A stretch of DNA of 63,786 bases, filler included, from Octopus bimaculoides (GCF_001194135.2; 8 parts of 8 records of this genome joined end to end with filler, not necessarily neighbours in it); one strand, 5' to 3'; shown: positions 27,004 to 40,803, counted from the first letter of the whole stretch. A program made the numbers and translations. The notes: a model not told the origin generated them from the sequence alone.

Positions 27004-27364
27004 GGTGTAGACATGCCTATGTGGTTAAGAAACTCGCTTTGCAGCCACGGGCTTTTGAGTTGGTAAACGGAAACTCTGTAGAAGCTTGTCATGTGTGTAT
27101 GTGTGTGTGAGAGAGAGGGGGTGGATTTTGTGCATGTTTGTGCATGTTTGTGCATGTATGCGCGCGCGCCTGTGTGTGTTTGACCCTCACCATTGACTGA
27201 CAACTGGTTTGGGCTTGTTGACTTCTCTGTAACATAGCGGCTCGATAAAGACGCCGAATGAATAAGTACCAGACTTTAAAATCACTACTGTGGTTGATTT
27301 GTTCGATAAAACCTTTCCTCATGGCCGCAGTCAAATGATTGACACAAGTAAAAGATAAAAGATA
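27004..27364 (+). mobile_element. SINE family A with an internally deleted head
   Basis: Partial tRNA-like head, internal TG-rich repeat, and tail CATGGCCGCAGTCAAATGATTGACACAAGTAAAAG. Confidence 0.7.
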
Positions 27365-28107
27365 CTTCATATATTGCTATATATTGCTATATATTTCTAT
27401 ATTCTAACTCAAAGCTAACAGAAATCTGGCGAGAATATAGTAGAATGCAGCAGTCGTTTTGTATTTTACTCTACGAATACTTATCCGTCTTAGGTATTGT
27501 AGAAAATCGTCGGGTCATTGAAGAGAGGAAACACAAGAAAAACAGTTGAAAGTTCAACCGATATTAATATCGATTTCTTTTCACTGGACATAACGCCAAA
27601 TTTTGTTATTGGGGCGTAATCGATTGAAATGACATTACTATATGATTGGTGATTCTTTAACGTTTCTGGACTGATGAAAATTTTAAAAAAATATGACTGC
27701 GATCAGATTTGAACTGAGAGCGTAGAGGAACAAAGCTAAATACATCAATTTATTTAGTCCAAAGTTTTACTGTTCCTACCGATTCATCGATAATGATTGC
27801 TATTGATCAGAACTTAAAGGCTCTCTAGTCTCAAGGAAATGTCAAATTGTGACTCTCATGCATTTCCTAAATGTATTAGTGGTATATAGATATGAGGTGC
27901 AGACGTAGCTGGCTGGTTAAGAAATTCGTTTCGCAATCTCGTAGTTCTAGGTGTGACCTTACCTCCAGGTATGTTAGATAAATGTTCTTTCCTGCAGCTT
28001 TGAGTTGACCAATATCTTGTATCACAGTGGACACTTATATACAGATAGTTAGCCACTGATGAAGTTTTACATCTATCTATCTATTTATCTATCTATCTAT
28101 CTAGCTA

Positions 28108-28170
<63 letters not shown>

Positions 28171-28971
28171 NNNNNNNNNNNNNNNNNNNNNNNNNNNNNN
28201 NNNNNNNNNNNNNNNNNNNNNNNNNNNNNNNNNNNNNNNNNNNNNNNNNNNNNNNNNNNNNNNNNNNNNNNNNNNNNNNNNNNNNNNNNNNNNNNNNNNN
28301 NNNNNNNNNNNNNNNNNNNNNNNNNNNNNNNNNNNNNNNNNNNNNNNNNNNNNNNNNNNNNNNNNNNNNNNNNNNNNNNNNNNNNNNNNNNNNNNNNNNN
28401 NNNNNNNNNNNNNNNNNNNNNNNNNNNNNNNNNNNNNNNNNNNNNNNNNNNNNNNNNNNNNNNNNNNNNNNNNNNNNNNNNNNNNNNNNNNNNNNNNNNN
28501 NNNNNNNNNNNNNNNNNNNNNNNNNNNNNNNNNNNNNNNNNNNNNNNNNNNNNNNNNNNNNNNNNNNNNNNNNNNNNNNNNNNNNNNNNNNNNNNNNNNN
28601 NNNNNNNNNNNNNNNNNNNNNNNNNNNNNNNNNNNNNNNNNNNNNNNNNNNNNNNNNNNNNNNNNNNNNNNNNNNNNNNNNNNNNNNNNNNNNNNNNNNN
28701 NNNNNNNNNNNNNNNNNNNNNNNNNNNNNNNNNNNNNNNNNNNNNNNNNNNNNNNNNNNNNNNNNNNNNNNNNNNNNNNNNNNNNNNNNNNNNNNNNNNN
28801 NNNNNNNNNNNNNNNNNNNNNNNNNNNNNNNNNNNNNNNNNNNNNNNNNNNNNNNNNNNNNNNNNNNNNNNNNNNNNNNNNNNNNNNNNNNNNNNNNNNN
28901 NNNNNNNNNNTATATGTATACATATAGATGTATATGTACACCATTTCGATACTGTAATGACAGATACTTTC

Positions 28972-29006
<35 letters not shown>

Positions 29007-29033
29007 AATAGAGAGAGAAAGAGAGAGAGAAAT

Positions 29034-29064
<31 letters not shown>

Positions 29065-29099
29065 TGTATATGTATACATATAGATGTATATGTACACGT

Positions 29100-29536
29100 A
29101 TATGTAGTGTGTGTGGAGTGCTGTGGGGTGTTGTGATGTGCGATGGTGTGCGGTGTGGTGTGACGGTGTTGGGGTGTGGGTTTGTGGTGAGGATGTGGGG
29201 GTAGGGTGGGAGTTGGATGTCGGGTTGGAGTGGATATGTGTGAGTGGGATGTATAGGGGTGGGGTGGATGGAGGGGTATCAACGGAGGAAGAAGGTGAGT
29301 AGGAGTGGAGAGAGGAAAGAGGTGTCAGAACAAGAGAGGTGGGTGAAAAGCGGAAGTAGGTGTCAGATGAAGAAAGGAGAAGAGGGCAGTCAGATGAACA
29401 GGAAAGGGGATTTGAACCCATGTGGGGCAAAGGAGCGAAGAGAGAAGATTAATCCTTGTTCACGGCCAAGACGGGAGTCCGGATGGCCCCTGTGCAAAGA
29501 CAATCCGAACACAGAGGTGTTGTAATGACTGGACTG
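29100..29536 (-). mobile_element. Penelope-like element, GIY-YIG C-terminus and 3' UTR
   Basis: SVFGLSLHRGHPDSRLGREQGLIFSLRSFAPHGFKSPFLFI*, similar to the end of the ORF at 53835-54400. A CA-rich UTR follows. Confidence 0.7.
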
Positions 29537-31261
29537 NNNNNNNNNNNNNNNNNNNNNNNNNNNNNNNNNNNNNNNNNNNNNNNNNNNNNNNNNNNNNNNN
29601 NNNNNNNNNNNNNNNNNNNNNNNNNNNNNNNNNNNNNNNNNNNNNNNNNNNNNNNNNNNNNNNNNNNNNNNNNNNNNNNNNNNNNNNNNNNNNNNNNNNN
29701 NNNNNNNNNNNNNNNNNNNNNNNNNNNNNNNNNNNNNNNNNNNNNNNNNTATATATATATATATATAATGAATTTATAATAAATGAGAACAGATTTATAT
29801 CTAGTTTTATTCGACAGTTAATTATTTCTTTTCATTTCTGCACCTTCAGGTTTCTGCAGCAATCAAAACACACTACAAAATTTGCATCTTTATGTGCCTT
29901 TATTGTTAATTGCATACATACATACATGCATACATACATACATACATACATACATACATACATACATACATACATACATACATACATACGTGTATGCATG
30001 TGGAAAGAGGAAAAAGAGAGAGAACACTTCCACGTCAATGCATTTAGGGAAAATTTAAATCCGATATTTTGGATGAAAATGTCCTTTTTCCAAAAAGGAT
30101 GAAGAAACAAGACAATGCGTCTGAGTATTTGCAGCTTAAAGTCAAATCTGTATGAGGTAAAAATCTGAGGAAAGTGGGGTCGAACATATGTCTCTTTCTC
30201 AGGAATCTATTATCGGTAGGTAGTGTATGTGTCACGTGTGTGCGAGGAGAAAGCTGGGATGTATGCAGGCCAGTGGGAATTGCTAGATTAGCCAATGAAC
30301 CTTATCCAATTCCTGCTTGTTGATGGTCGGTTTGTATATTGTTTGATGAGGCAAGCTTGGACAATCCACATCGCTCTGATAATAGTAACGATGTCTTTGT
30401 CTCGGCATTTTTCACCCACTTAACTCTATAAAAGAGGAAATTAATGGGCTATGAAAATATTATCTTACTAAATCAGAAAACATAACTTCTCTTGCATAAT
30501 TTTTATTTGCTGGATCTAGAAGTGAGTAGTGTCCATGGCCTACACAGGCCCTGTATGACTTGAAAGTTTTTTGTCGTTAAAGTTTTATTTTGCACCTGAA
30601 AAAACATGAGCAGATAGGAGCAACTTTGTGGACGGGAATGATTGGATGTAGTTGTATGTGCAGGGCCTGGGAGTGTTTGGATACAAGTGTGATAAAAGGA
30701 AAAGAGACGTGTGGATTTGAAGTGACTCAGTAGAAGAGATACAAGTCCAGTTAGCTTCGAGGAGTTAAGTTCATTGTAGCAATGATATAAAAAGTTTTTC
30801 TAAATTGTACATTAATAATTGCACTGCTTAGTCTCCCAGCTGTTAGTGCTGTAGTGTCTTTTATTCAGGAACACCGCTTATTCCTTCCTGCTGTGCCATT
30901 CTCTTCTAGCATTCTGTGCAATACATCAACTGCTTCAGTACATATTTGAATGCTCAAATTGACACCTCTTCGTCCTCTCCAGTTTTACTTTCTTCTCACT
31001 TTCTGTTATTATTATGATTGTTTTTTTTTTCTTCTTTCTTCAAATTTTTTCCCATTTCTCGCCGAGTGTTTTCCGTACACCTAGGGCAGAGAAACGTTGT
31101 ATGCATTCCCAATTTACACACGCAAATTCATAGGTAAAACATGTATTTAAGAAAAAAAAAATCATGAATGGATGTTGTTTTCTCAGCGATAATGCTCTTC
31201 TTAGTACATGAGTCGTTCCAGTTAGCACGATTTTTTGCACCTCCTGTAGAGATGGTAAGCC

Positions 31262-31273
31262 TATTACTACTAC

Positions 31274-31310
<37 letters not shown>

Positions 31311-31351
31311 GTATTATTATCGTCGTCGTCGTCATCATCATCATCATCATC

Positions 31352-31406
<55 letters not shown>
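31262..31406. repeat. Compound trinucleotide microsatellite (ATT)n(CGT)n(CAT)n(AGT)n
   Basis: Direct read of the sequence. Confidence 0.95.
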
Positions 31407-31407
<1 letters not shown>

Positions 31408-31408
31408 A

Positions 31409-31617
31409 GGCGGTGAGCTTGTAGTACCGTTAGCACATAGGGCAAAATGCTTAGCGGCATTTCGTCAATCTTCACGTTCTGAGTTCAAATTCCGCCGAGG
31501 TCAGCTTTACCTTCCATCCTTTCGAGGTCAATAAGATAAGTACCAGTTGAACACTGGAGTCGATGTAATTGACATTCTCGCCTCCTGAAATTGCTGGCCT
31601 TGTGTCAAAATTTGAAA

Positions 31618-31676
<59 letters not shown>
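31409..31676 (+). mobile_element. SINE family B, full length with (ATT)n tail
   Basis: Homologous to 5698-5912 over about 210 bp. Confidence 0.85.
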
Positions 31677-31677
<1 letters not shown>

Positions 31678-32163
31678 TCATCATCATCATTATTTGATTA
31701 AAATAGCATATTTTGCTAGGTATGATGGAAAGTGTCAGCTGCCCACAGCCATCAGGCTAAGATGACACTTGTTTACTGATCATGCTTCAAGAACCCTGCG
31801 GAGAACTCTTGTTTTTTCACGCAGTAATGATTTTTGTAGGGGTTTATAGTTGAGTACTAATACTTCCGAGCGTGTCAATTACTATCGGTATCACATCCAC
31901 TCTCTTCATTACCTACAATCTGCGAATTTCGCGCTTGAAATCGTCATAGTTGTTCAGCTTTTCTTTCTCTTTGATCCTCTTGTCACCGGGACATGATCTA
32001 TCGATTATCATGCAAGTCTTTTTCGTTTCTTGTTTACCACAACAATGTCAGGTTTCCGATGTCTGATTTGATTGTCACACTAATCATTATCATTATTATT
32101 ATTATTATTATTTTATGTTTGACTTTTGTTTTGCATTTGTACAAGTTGGATCCAAGTCTCACC

Positions 32164-32233
<70 letters not shown>

Positions 32234-33930
32234 TAGTCTTATTTTTATCACGTGCTTTCACTGCACTACTGAACGCAGCTCTGTGTGCCTTAGGTATGTG
32301 CTGGAGTTTGCTGTGATGCTCTTATTCTTACTGTATTGAAAGTGTTTTACGTAGGATGTGTGCGATGCCTAGTAGTGCTATTTTCTGTATGTTATAGAGT
32401 TAGCTCTATTTCCAGATCTTTGTATTTTGAAAGTTACTCCGTTTTTTTTAGAGAAACGTTGTCATCTGTTGGTAATGATACATCGATTAAAAAGAATTTT
32501 TTTCTTGATCTCCGACAACTATATCCGGCATTTTGGCCTTCATTTCTCTATCTGTGTGTATTGGTATAAACCAGAGCATGGTTGCTTTCTCATTTTCTGT
32601 CACCTTTCCTGGCGTGTGCCTATACCATCTTTTTTTCTGTTGTTATTCCATCTGATGAGCCCTAGCAGCATCCATTCTGCTCTTCTGGAAACAGGTTGTT
32701 TTCTTCCAGTTGTTTGCTCATTCTCTGCGGTATTATTGCAGTAACGGCCTTGTAAATTGTCGGGAGAAATGTTATCGGTCTGTAATCTTGTGGAGTTGTC
32801 GTTTCAGTGGATTTTGGAATTAGGATAGTCTTCCCCTCCATGAGCCATTCAGGCATTGTCTCTGGCTCTGCTAGTATTTCATTAAATTTCGCAGCCAGCT
32901 CTTTATGTGTAATTTTGTTAGGTATTTTAACGAGAAGTTGGGGATCTTGTGCCCAGGTGCTTTTTAGTTGCTTAGTTTTTGCAGTTTTTTCTACTGATGG
33001 TGCTGCATTGGTCTTTATTTTATTTTTGCCAAGTTCTTTGTAGAATCTATTATGGTTTGGGTTGAACCGTTTGTTTTGTTCAAAGAAACGGTGGCGTTTC
33101 TCATACAGGTGGATTCTTTGTACTTTGGCGAGGATATCTTGTTTTAGCTATTCTTTTACCTCAAGTATACCTTGTTCTGTAATTTTGTATTTACGTAGTA
33201 TTTTTCTTCTCTTCTTGTTGCTTAGTAGCGTTCATTGTCTACTAGTTTTATTAAGGGTTGACAGATCCTTTATTCTATTTTCTATTTTTTCCGGATATCA
33301 TGTGTCCACAGGGTTTGTTTGAGTGGTGATACTCCAGTTTGGTTGGGTTTCAGGGCGTATCCAACTTCTTACGTGGCCACAGAGGCTGCTGCATATATTA
33401 TGTCATTTAGCTCAATGATATTGCCATTTGTTTCTGTGGCTACTAATTCTGTGACAGCCAGGTTCATGTTATTTATTATTTATATTGTTTTATTATCAAT
33501 TTTAAAATTTGGGCAGTACAATCGGTGGTCCATACTGAGATCTGTGGCTTTCAATTATTTGATTATATTCATTTTTAGAGTATCATAATCATTAGTTTTA
33601 CCTTCACTGTTTCCAGATTTTAGATTTGTTTCGTATTCCCTCCCGTTTATATTTTTGTTTGTGGTATTCTGGTTTTGTGCATTTTGCTCATCGTTATACA
33701 TTTCTACGGTTTGGGTTTGTTGTTTTTCGTTGTTTACTTCATTTTTGTTGGACATGTTACATCTGTCTTCGTGTTTTGCAGTCCCAGTCCTTATGATACT
33801 ATTTAACATTTCTGTGTGGCTACTATTTATGTTTTCTTGATGTATGTTCCCTTGTAAGTGTTCTATTTCTATTTCTGATATTTATTTTTTGTTTATTAGG
33901 GTTCATTACTGTATCCAAATCTTTATTTAA
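32164..33930 (-). mobile_element. R4/Dong-like RLE LINE copy 1, multiply internally deleted, with (AAT)n tail
   Basis: MPEWLMEGKTILIPKS..DYRPITFLPTIYK..EEQNGC is joined directly to GITTEKRWYRHTPGKVTENEKAT..PDIVV..YKDLEIE..IQKIALLGIAHILRKTLSIQ*. Confidence 0.85.
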
Positions 33931-36530
33931 GTTATATTTCAGAGGATTGTATATATCTATTTTTTCGCCTTCCTTCTTGAATATTTGTGGGTCAAAGGAG
34001 CACGCAGCATAAATTATAAATGCACAGGTGGTGCATATTATCCACCACCACTGTGTCCGGTCTGTTATGCACCTGATCTGTTTGGATTGGAAAATCCCAG
34101 AAGATTTTGCTAGTCTCCGACTCTGCCACTCTCTGCGATCTGTGCTCATATCACGCCTTGCCACTCTCTAGTTACCACTTTTCGCACAGTTTCTAATGTA
34201 GCACTTTCGCCACCTGATTGTGCCACCACAACTTGGAATGGTTTTGGGCAAGTCTAGGGCATTCGTTCGCGATATGGGCAATTATTTCATCCACGCTATT
34301 ACAGATGCGGCACAGTGGAGACACTTGCTCATTCCCAAGGTTGACACCCTCCCACGCAATTTGTGGCCAAAGCTTGATCTTTGGGCTGCCAGTATAGTGC
34401 TCTCAGTCTCTTTTTCTATTGTTCTTTTCTTCATCCAATACCACCTATGTTTTCCAGCAACTTCAGCTGTGGCTACATAGAATTGATCGTGCAGTCCCTT
34501 GTTGCGTAATGCTTCTTCATGTCCTTTTTTTGTACTTCCTCCTTTGCTTTTCTCTTTTTCTCTGCTTTCAATACTCCTTCATTCCTAACTGACACTAGCA
34601 ACGTTTCCTTACTTTGGAACAGACATCTCATTACGCTCCCGAGTTTGATACGTACACAGTATTCGACAATTATTAGTCCCCTTCCTCCATTTGCTCTCCA
34701 TGTATAGGCAATCAGTGTCAACATATTGATGATGGGCTCCATGCATCGTTAGTAGCTTTCATGTCTTCCAGTTTAACTCCTTTAGCTCCTCCTCTGTCCA
34801 CTTCAAGATTCCAGCAGCATATCGAACTATTGCGACTGCGAGCGAGTTTATTACCGAAATAGTTTCTGGTATTCAGCTTTGAAGCCAATATTTCTCCCAC
34901 TCGCAGCAGGTACTCTGTCTTTTCTTTCATATCGTTGTGTTTAATTCCATCTGCCTCAAGTATTCCCAGGTATTTATAACCGGATTCAGGTTCAATTATT
35001 TTCATCACTTCACCATTTGGCATGCATATGCCTTCTGCCCTGACAAGCTTTCCTCGTCTCATCACCATCGTAGCACATTTCGAGAGTCCAAACTCCATCT
35101 TGATATCATTCCAGAAAATTCGCACAGACTGGACTAAGCTGTCCAGTTCTGCCTCACTTTTTGTGAACAACTTCAAGTCGTCCATGAATAGCAAGTGCTT
35201 CAGTTTTCCCTTACCTCTTCCCAGATCATACCCCAACTTCGTTTTTTGTAGTATTTCACTCGAGGGAATCATTCCCGATACAAAGATTAATGGGGGTTTA
35301 CTGTCCCCCTGGAGGATTTTTCTCTTGGTTTTCACCTCTCCTAATACCTGATTCCCTGCTGTCAATTCAGTTCTCTAACATTTCATACTGTTCCATGTAA
35401 GGCTTTCGTGTTTTCTGCTACTCCATGCATTTCCATGATTCCTGTTATCCATGAGTGTGGCATCATATCGCATGTTTTACGATAGTCAATCGATGCCAAG
35501 CTCAGGTTTTTGTGTCTTCTCTTGCAGTTTCTGAAAATTAGATTGTCAATTAACAGCCGATCTTTCTTCCTCTGCTCCTCCTTCGGCACCCTTTCTGTTC
35601 AATAGATAGCAGCCCACATTTTTCTAAGCAGCCAAAGCACCAACCAAAGCACCTGACAATAGTTTCCACATTAACGAAAGACACGTTATTGGTCGAAAGT
35701 TAGATGCAATATTACACTTTTCAAGATCCTTAGTACAAAACGTCTTGCCCTTTGTCATCCAGCTGGGTACAGCGTCTTCCTGCAAGCACCCATCTAACTG
35801 CTGCGCTACCCTTTCATGGAGCCCTCTCAGCTTTAACCAATAACCTTGGACCCCATCCTGTCCTGAGCTCTTCCAATCTAGGAGTTTCCTCAACTGCTTT
35901 TTTATCATTTCTGTAGTTATTTTAAATTTATCTTGGCCTTCTATAGTTCTTAACCTGTCTTCGATTTCATACAGGCACTCCGCTTCGTCATTATGCTTTA
36001 CAAATTGGTCCTAGATTCCTCCCCAGAATGCCCTACTTTCCTCTGCATCTGGTATTATTGTCGCGTATAATTGCCCATCTAGTTCCTGAAACAGTTTTTT
36101 TTTTTCTGATTTGCTTCAAACAATCTGTTCTGTCTGAATTGTTTTGTTCTATTGTCATATCTTTCCAGTTTTGCCTTGATTGCAACTACTCTTTGTTTCA
36201 ATTCTTCCAATATCATATAATACCCTTTATCTTTTATTCTATATGTCATTTCCAGACTTATTCTTATGTTTTCGTTTTGAAATTCCCTTCTTTTCAATCT
36301 ATCAACTTGTCTTAAATGTCTTTTTAATTTCGTTTCTCACAAATTCGTCTACGCCAGTATGGTTCTTTGAGTTCTCTTTTTTCTCTTCTTTTGCATCCAA
36401 CTCTGTCTGCAACAACCATAGCTGCAGCCCAAATAATCTTGTTGTTTCCCATCTGGAATAGGCCAAGGACAGAATCTATTATTTCAGTTTCAGCTTGCGT
36501 CGATCAACATACCTCAAATTGGTAGATTGT
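33931..36530 (-). mobile_element. R4/Dong-like RLE LINE copy 2 (RT, CCHC knuckle, RLE), pseudogenised and 3'-truncated
   Basis: WKSSGQDGVQGYWLK, NFRPITCL, ILQGDS, HLLFMDDLKLF, YKYLGILE, CRICNSVDEIIAHIANEC, WHNQVA, IFWDFPIQTD..NRPDTVV and KIDIYNPLKY. Confidence 0.9.
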
Positions 36531-36559
36531 TTGCTCTTGTTCTAATATATCGGCACATC

Positions 36560-37670
<1,111 letters not shown>

Positions 37671-37770
37671 NNNNNNNNNNNNNNNNNNNNNNNNNNNNNN
37701 NNNNNNNNNNNNNNTTAATTAATTAANNNNNNNNNNNNNNNNNNNNNNNNNNNNNNNNNNNNNNNNNNNN
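37671..37770. other. Artificial scaffold spacer
   Basis: 44N-TTAATTAATTAA-44N. Confidence 0.95.
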
Positions 37771-38235
37771 GGGAGAATTCACAAAAAAACAAAAGACGAA
37801 GACAGGTGGTGTAGAAAACAAACAGATGTATTAGTATAACACTCAGGAATTGAAAAAGTCTTTAACATTTCAAGCCTATGCTCTTCCACAGAAACAAACA
37901 CAGAAAGAAACAAGGAGAGAAAAAAAAATGTGTGTATTGGTTAGCGGTCTATCATGACGAATGCCGGACAGAAGGGTCGCACAGGAGAGCTAAGAAGAAG
38001 GGGAGATAACAAAGTAGTAGTGATCCCAAAACGAAGGTGTGCGTGCGTAAGAGAGTATGTATGTGCGTGTGAAAGGCTAGTGATCTTGACATGTGCGTGT
38101 GTGTATGTGTAGGTGTGAAAATGTGGGGATGGGAATTGGTCAGTGCTGATGTGTGCGTGGTGGTGTGTTGTGATGTGATATGTTGTATGGTGTGGTGTGA
38201 TGCTGTTGGGAGGTGTGGGAGGCGAGAGCGGGGGA
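37771..38235 (-). mobile_element. Penelope-like element 3' UTR/terminal repeat
   Basis: CA-rich UTR like 29100-29330. The terminal block is homologous to 51145-51250 and 57470-57517 and contains a decayed hammerhead-like motif (37857-37896). Confidence 0.6.
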
Positions 38236-38845
38236 NNNNNNNNNNNNNNNNNNNNNNNNNNNNNNNNNNNNNNNNNNNNNNNNNNNNNNNNNNNNNNNNN
38301 NNNNNNNNNNNNNNNNNNNNNNNNNNNNNNNNNNNNNNNNNNNNNNNNNNNNNNNNNNNNNNNNNNNNNNNNNNNNNNNNNNNNNNNNNNNNNNNNNNNN
38401 NNNNNNNNNNNNNNNNNNNNNNNNNNNNNNNNNNNNNNNNNNNNNNNNNNNNNNNNNNNNNNNNNNNNNNNNNNNNNNNNNNNNNNNNNNNNNNNNNNNN
38501 NNNNNNNNNNNNNNNNNNNNNNNNNNNNNNNNNNNNNNNNNNNNNNNNNNNNNNNNNNNNNNNNNNNNNNNNNNNNNNNNNNNNNNNNNNNNNNNNNNNN
38601 NNNNNNNNNNNNNNNNNNNNNNNNNNNNNNNNNNNNNNNNNNNNNNNNNNNNNNNNNNNNNNNNNNNNNNNNNNNNNNNNNNNNNNNNNNNNNNNNNNNN
38701 NNNNNNNNNNNNNNNNNNNNNNNNNNNNNNNNNNNNNNNNNNNNNNNNNNNNNNNNNNNNNNNNNNNNNNNNNNNNNNNNNNNNNNNNNNNNNNNNNNNN
38801 NNNNNNNNNNNNNNNNNNNNNNNNNNNNNNNNNNNNNNNNNNNNN

Positions 38846-38878
<33 letters not shown>

Positions 38879-38963
38879 TATACGTTCAAAATGTGACCAC
38901 ATGTGAATCGTCGTTGATTTTCCCCCGCCATCTTCCTTTCTCTTGGACTTTCCTCTGTCTCCT

Positions 38964-38995
38964 GTTTCTGAAGAGCTTTGTTCGAAATGTAAAAC
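38964..38995 (+). ncRNA. Minimal type-I hammerhead-ribozyme-like motif (PLE terminal type)
   Basis: GTTT-CTGAAGA-GCTTTGTTC-GAAA-TG-TA-AAAC: stem I GTTT/AAAC, core motifs and a UH site. Confidence 0.45.
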
Positions 38996-39234
38996 CACCT
39001 AAGTGGTAGATGAATCCATAGGTACTTAAATTCAATTAAATAATGACTTTTAAACACCAATGATCCACTTCTCATAATTAATTATTGCTCCATTTATTAT
39101 CTTCTCTCTATATATTAAATCACAATTTTACCTTTAAATTACCTACTACCATATACCTTATAATGAGGACTATACACAGTGAAGTAATACACCAGGAGTG
39201 CCTATGAATAAATACATCTACCACTTAGATGGCT
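38993..39234. repeat. Element bounded by inverted repeats
   Basis: CTAAGTGGTAGATG (38999-39012) is the exact reverse complement of CATCTACCACTTAG (39215-39228), and the match extends imperfectly on both sides. Confidence 0.7.
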
Positions 39235-39281
39235 GCATAACCTCTTATATCTTGCTATATATATATATATATATATATATA

Positions 39282-40244
39282 TTGTAGTTTCAGCTCATAG
39301 CTGTGGCCATGCTGGAGCACTGCCTTTTCACTACACTTTTATTACTGAGATCTTCCTTTAATATATAGCACTTGGTGTAGAATGGAGTTTGATGTAGCTA
39401 CCCTCATTTTCACCTCTTGCTGTGAGGTAGGTTCATCTGGGACTCTAGACAGGAAGAGGTCCAGCCTTGATTTAAAAACGCCTACATCTACTTTGTGGAG
39501 ATTCCTCAGGCTCTTTGGGAGAATATTAAAAAGCTGTGGGCCCCTGAAACCCAGGCTGTTGTAGTAACTGATCCTGAAGCACGATGATGGCATTGCTGGG
39601 ATCTTTGGCACTGTGCAGTGTCGACCTGTTCTGGCATTGGTATATCTTTCAATGCCAAAATTTGGCACAATTCCTTCCAGGATCTTCCAGATGTATATTA
39701 CTGCATACCTCACCTGCCTGCACTCCAGGGAGTAGAGTCTTAGCTGTTTCAGCCTTTCCCAGTAGTTGAGCTGTTGCAAAGAGATGATCTTCATTGTGAA
39801 GCTTTGCTGAATTGCTTCAAGGTCCACTGTTAATTTTACACTGTTGGGAGCAGTAATCCAGGTGGCTGAGGACATATGTCCTCCAGAGGACCATCATAGC
39901 TTCCTTATCTCTGATTCTGAATGTTCTTAGGATCCATCCAGCCAGTCGTCTGCACTTTGTTCCCATCCTGGTGATGTGCACTTTGAAAGAGGTATCATCA
40001 CTCATGTCGATACCCAAGTCCCTCACTGATTTAGGCTCTGGGATTGTAATTCCCCGTGGACCAGTGTACACTGTAAGTGTCATATTCAGTTTTGGACGCT
40101 GGTAGCGCAGGGCTTGGAATTTTTCGGCATTAAACTGCATATTATTATCCACAGCCCATCTGTAAATTGAGTCCAACAACTGTTGCTGATGTGCAACACA
40201 ACCAGGTTCTGAATTTTCTGCAAGACTTTCGTATCACCTGCATA
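39282..40244 (-). mobile_element. CR1/L2-type LINE, 3' part with 3' UTR
   Basis: YAGDTKVL..WAVDNNMQFNAEKFQAL..VRDLGI..LDYCSQ..LEAIQQSFT..YWERLKQLRLYSLE..RGPQLFNILPKSLR..FKSRLDLFLSRVPDEP. The stop is at 39342 and a short tail follows. Confidence 0.9.
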
Positions 40245-40387
40245 TACATATGCCTATAAATATATGCATATGTATATAAAGATCGTCAGCATATACATAT
40301 GCATACAGATATATATGAATATGTTTATACATATATATGTGTGTGTATATATATCATCATCATCATCATCATCGTTTAACGTCCGCT

Positions 40388-40487
40388 NNNNNNNNNNNNN
40401 NNNNNNNNNNNNNNNNNNNNNNNNNNNNNNNTTAATTAATTAANNNNNNNNNNNNNNNNNNNNNNNNNNNNNNNNNNNNNNNNNNNN
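40388..40487. other. Artificial scaffold spacer
   Basis: 44N-TTAATTAATTAA-44N. Confidence 0.95.
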
Positions 40488-40552
40488 ATATATATGAAAT
40501 ATAATACACACACGCTCTCTGTCTCTCTTTCTTTCTTTCTTTCTCTCCCTCC

Positions 40553-40609
<57 letters not shown>

Positions 40610-40685
40610 ATACATATACGAGTGAGTGAACAAACGAAAGAAAGTTGTACTCAACACATCTGGAGAGATTTATATATATGTTTGT

Positions 40686-40803
40686 GGAGGCACGTAGCTT
40701 AGTGTTTAGGGTGTTGGACTCACGAGCGTAAGACTGTGGTTTCGATTCCTGGACTGGGCAATCCGTTGTGTTCTTGAGGAAAACACTTCACGTCGCTCCA
40801 GTC
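40686..40803 (+). mobile_element. SINE family C head
   Basis: GTAGCTTAGTGT (A-box-like), GTTTCGATTCC (B-box-like), then TTGTGTTCTTGAG..CACTTCACGTCGCTCCAGTC. Confidence 0.65.

Noticed and set aside
30040-30440. Possible LINE C-terminal remnant on the minus strand
   Set aside because: No diagnostic motif survives in any frame.
32651-32662. CTGATGA on the plus strand
   Set aside because: It is the antisense of a LINE deletion junction and has no hammerhead stems.
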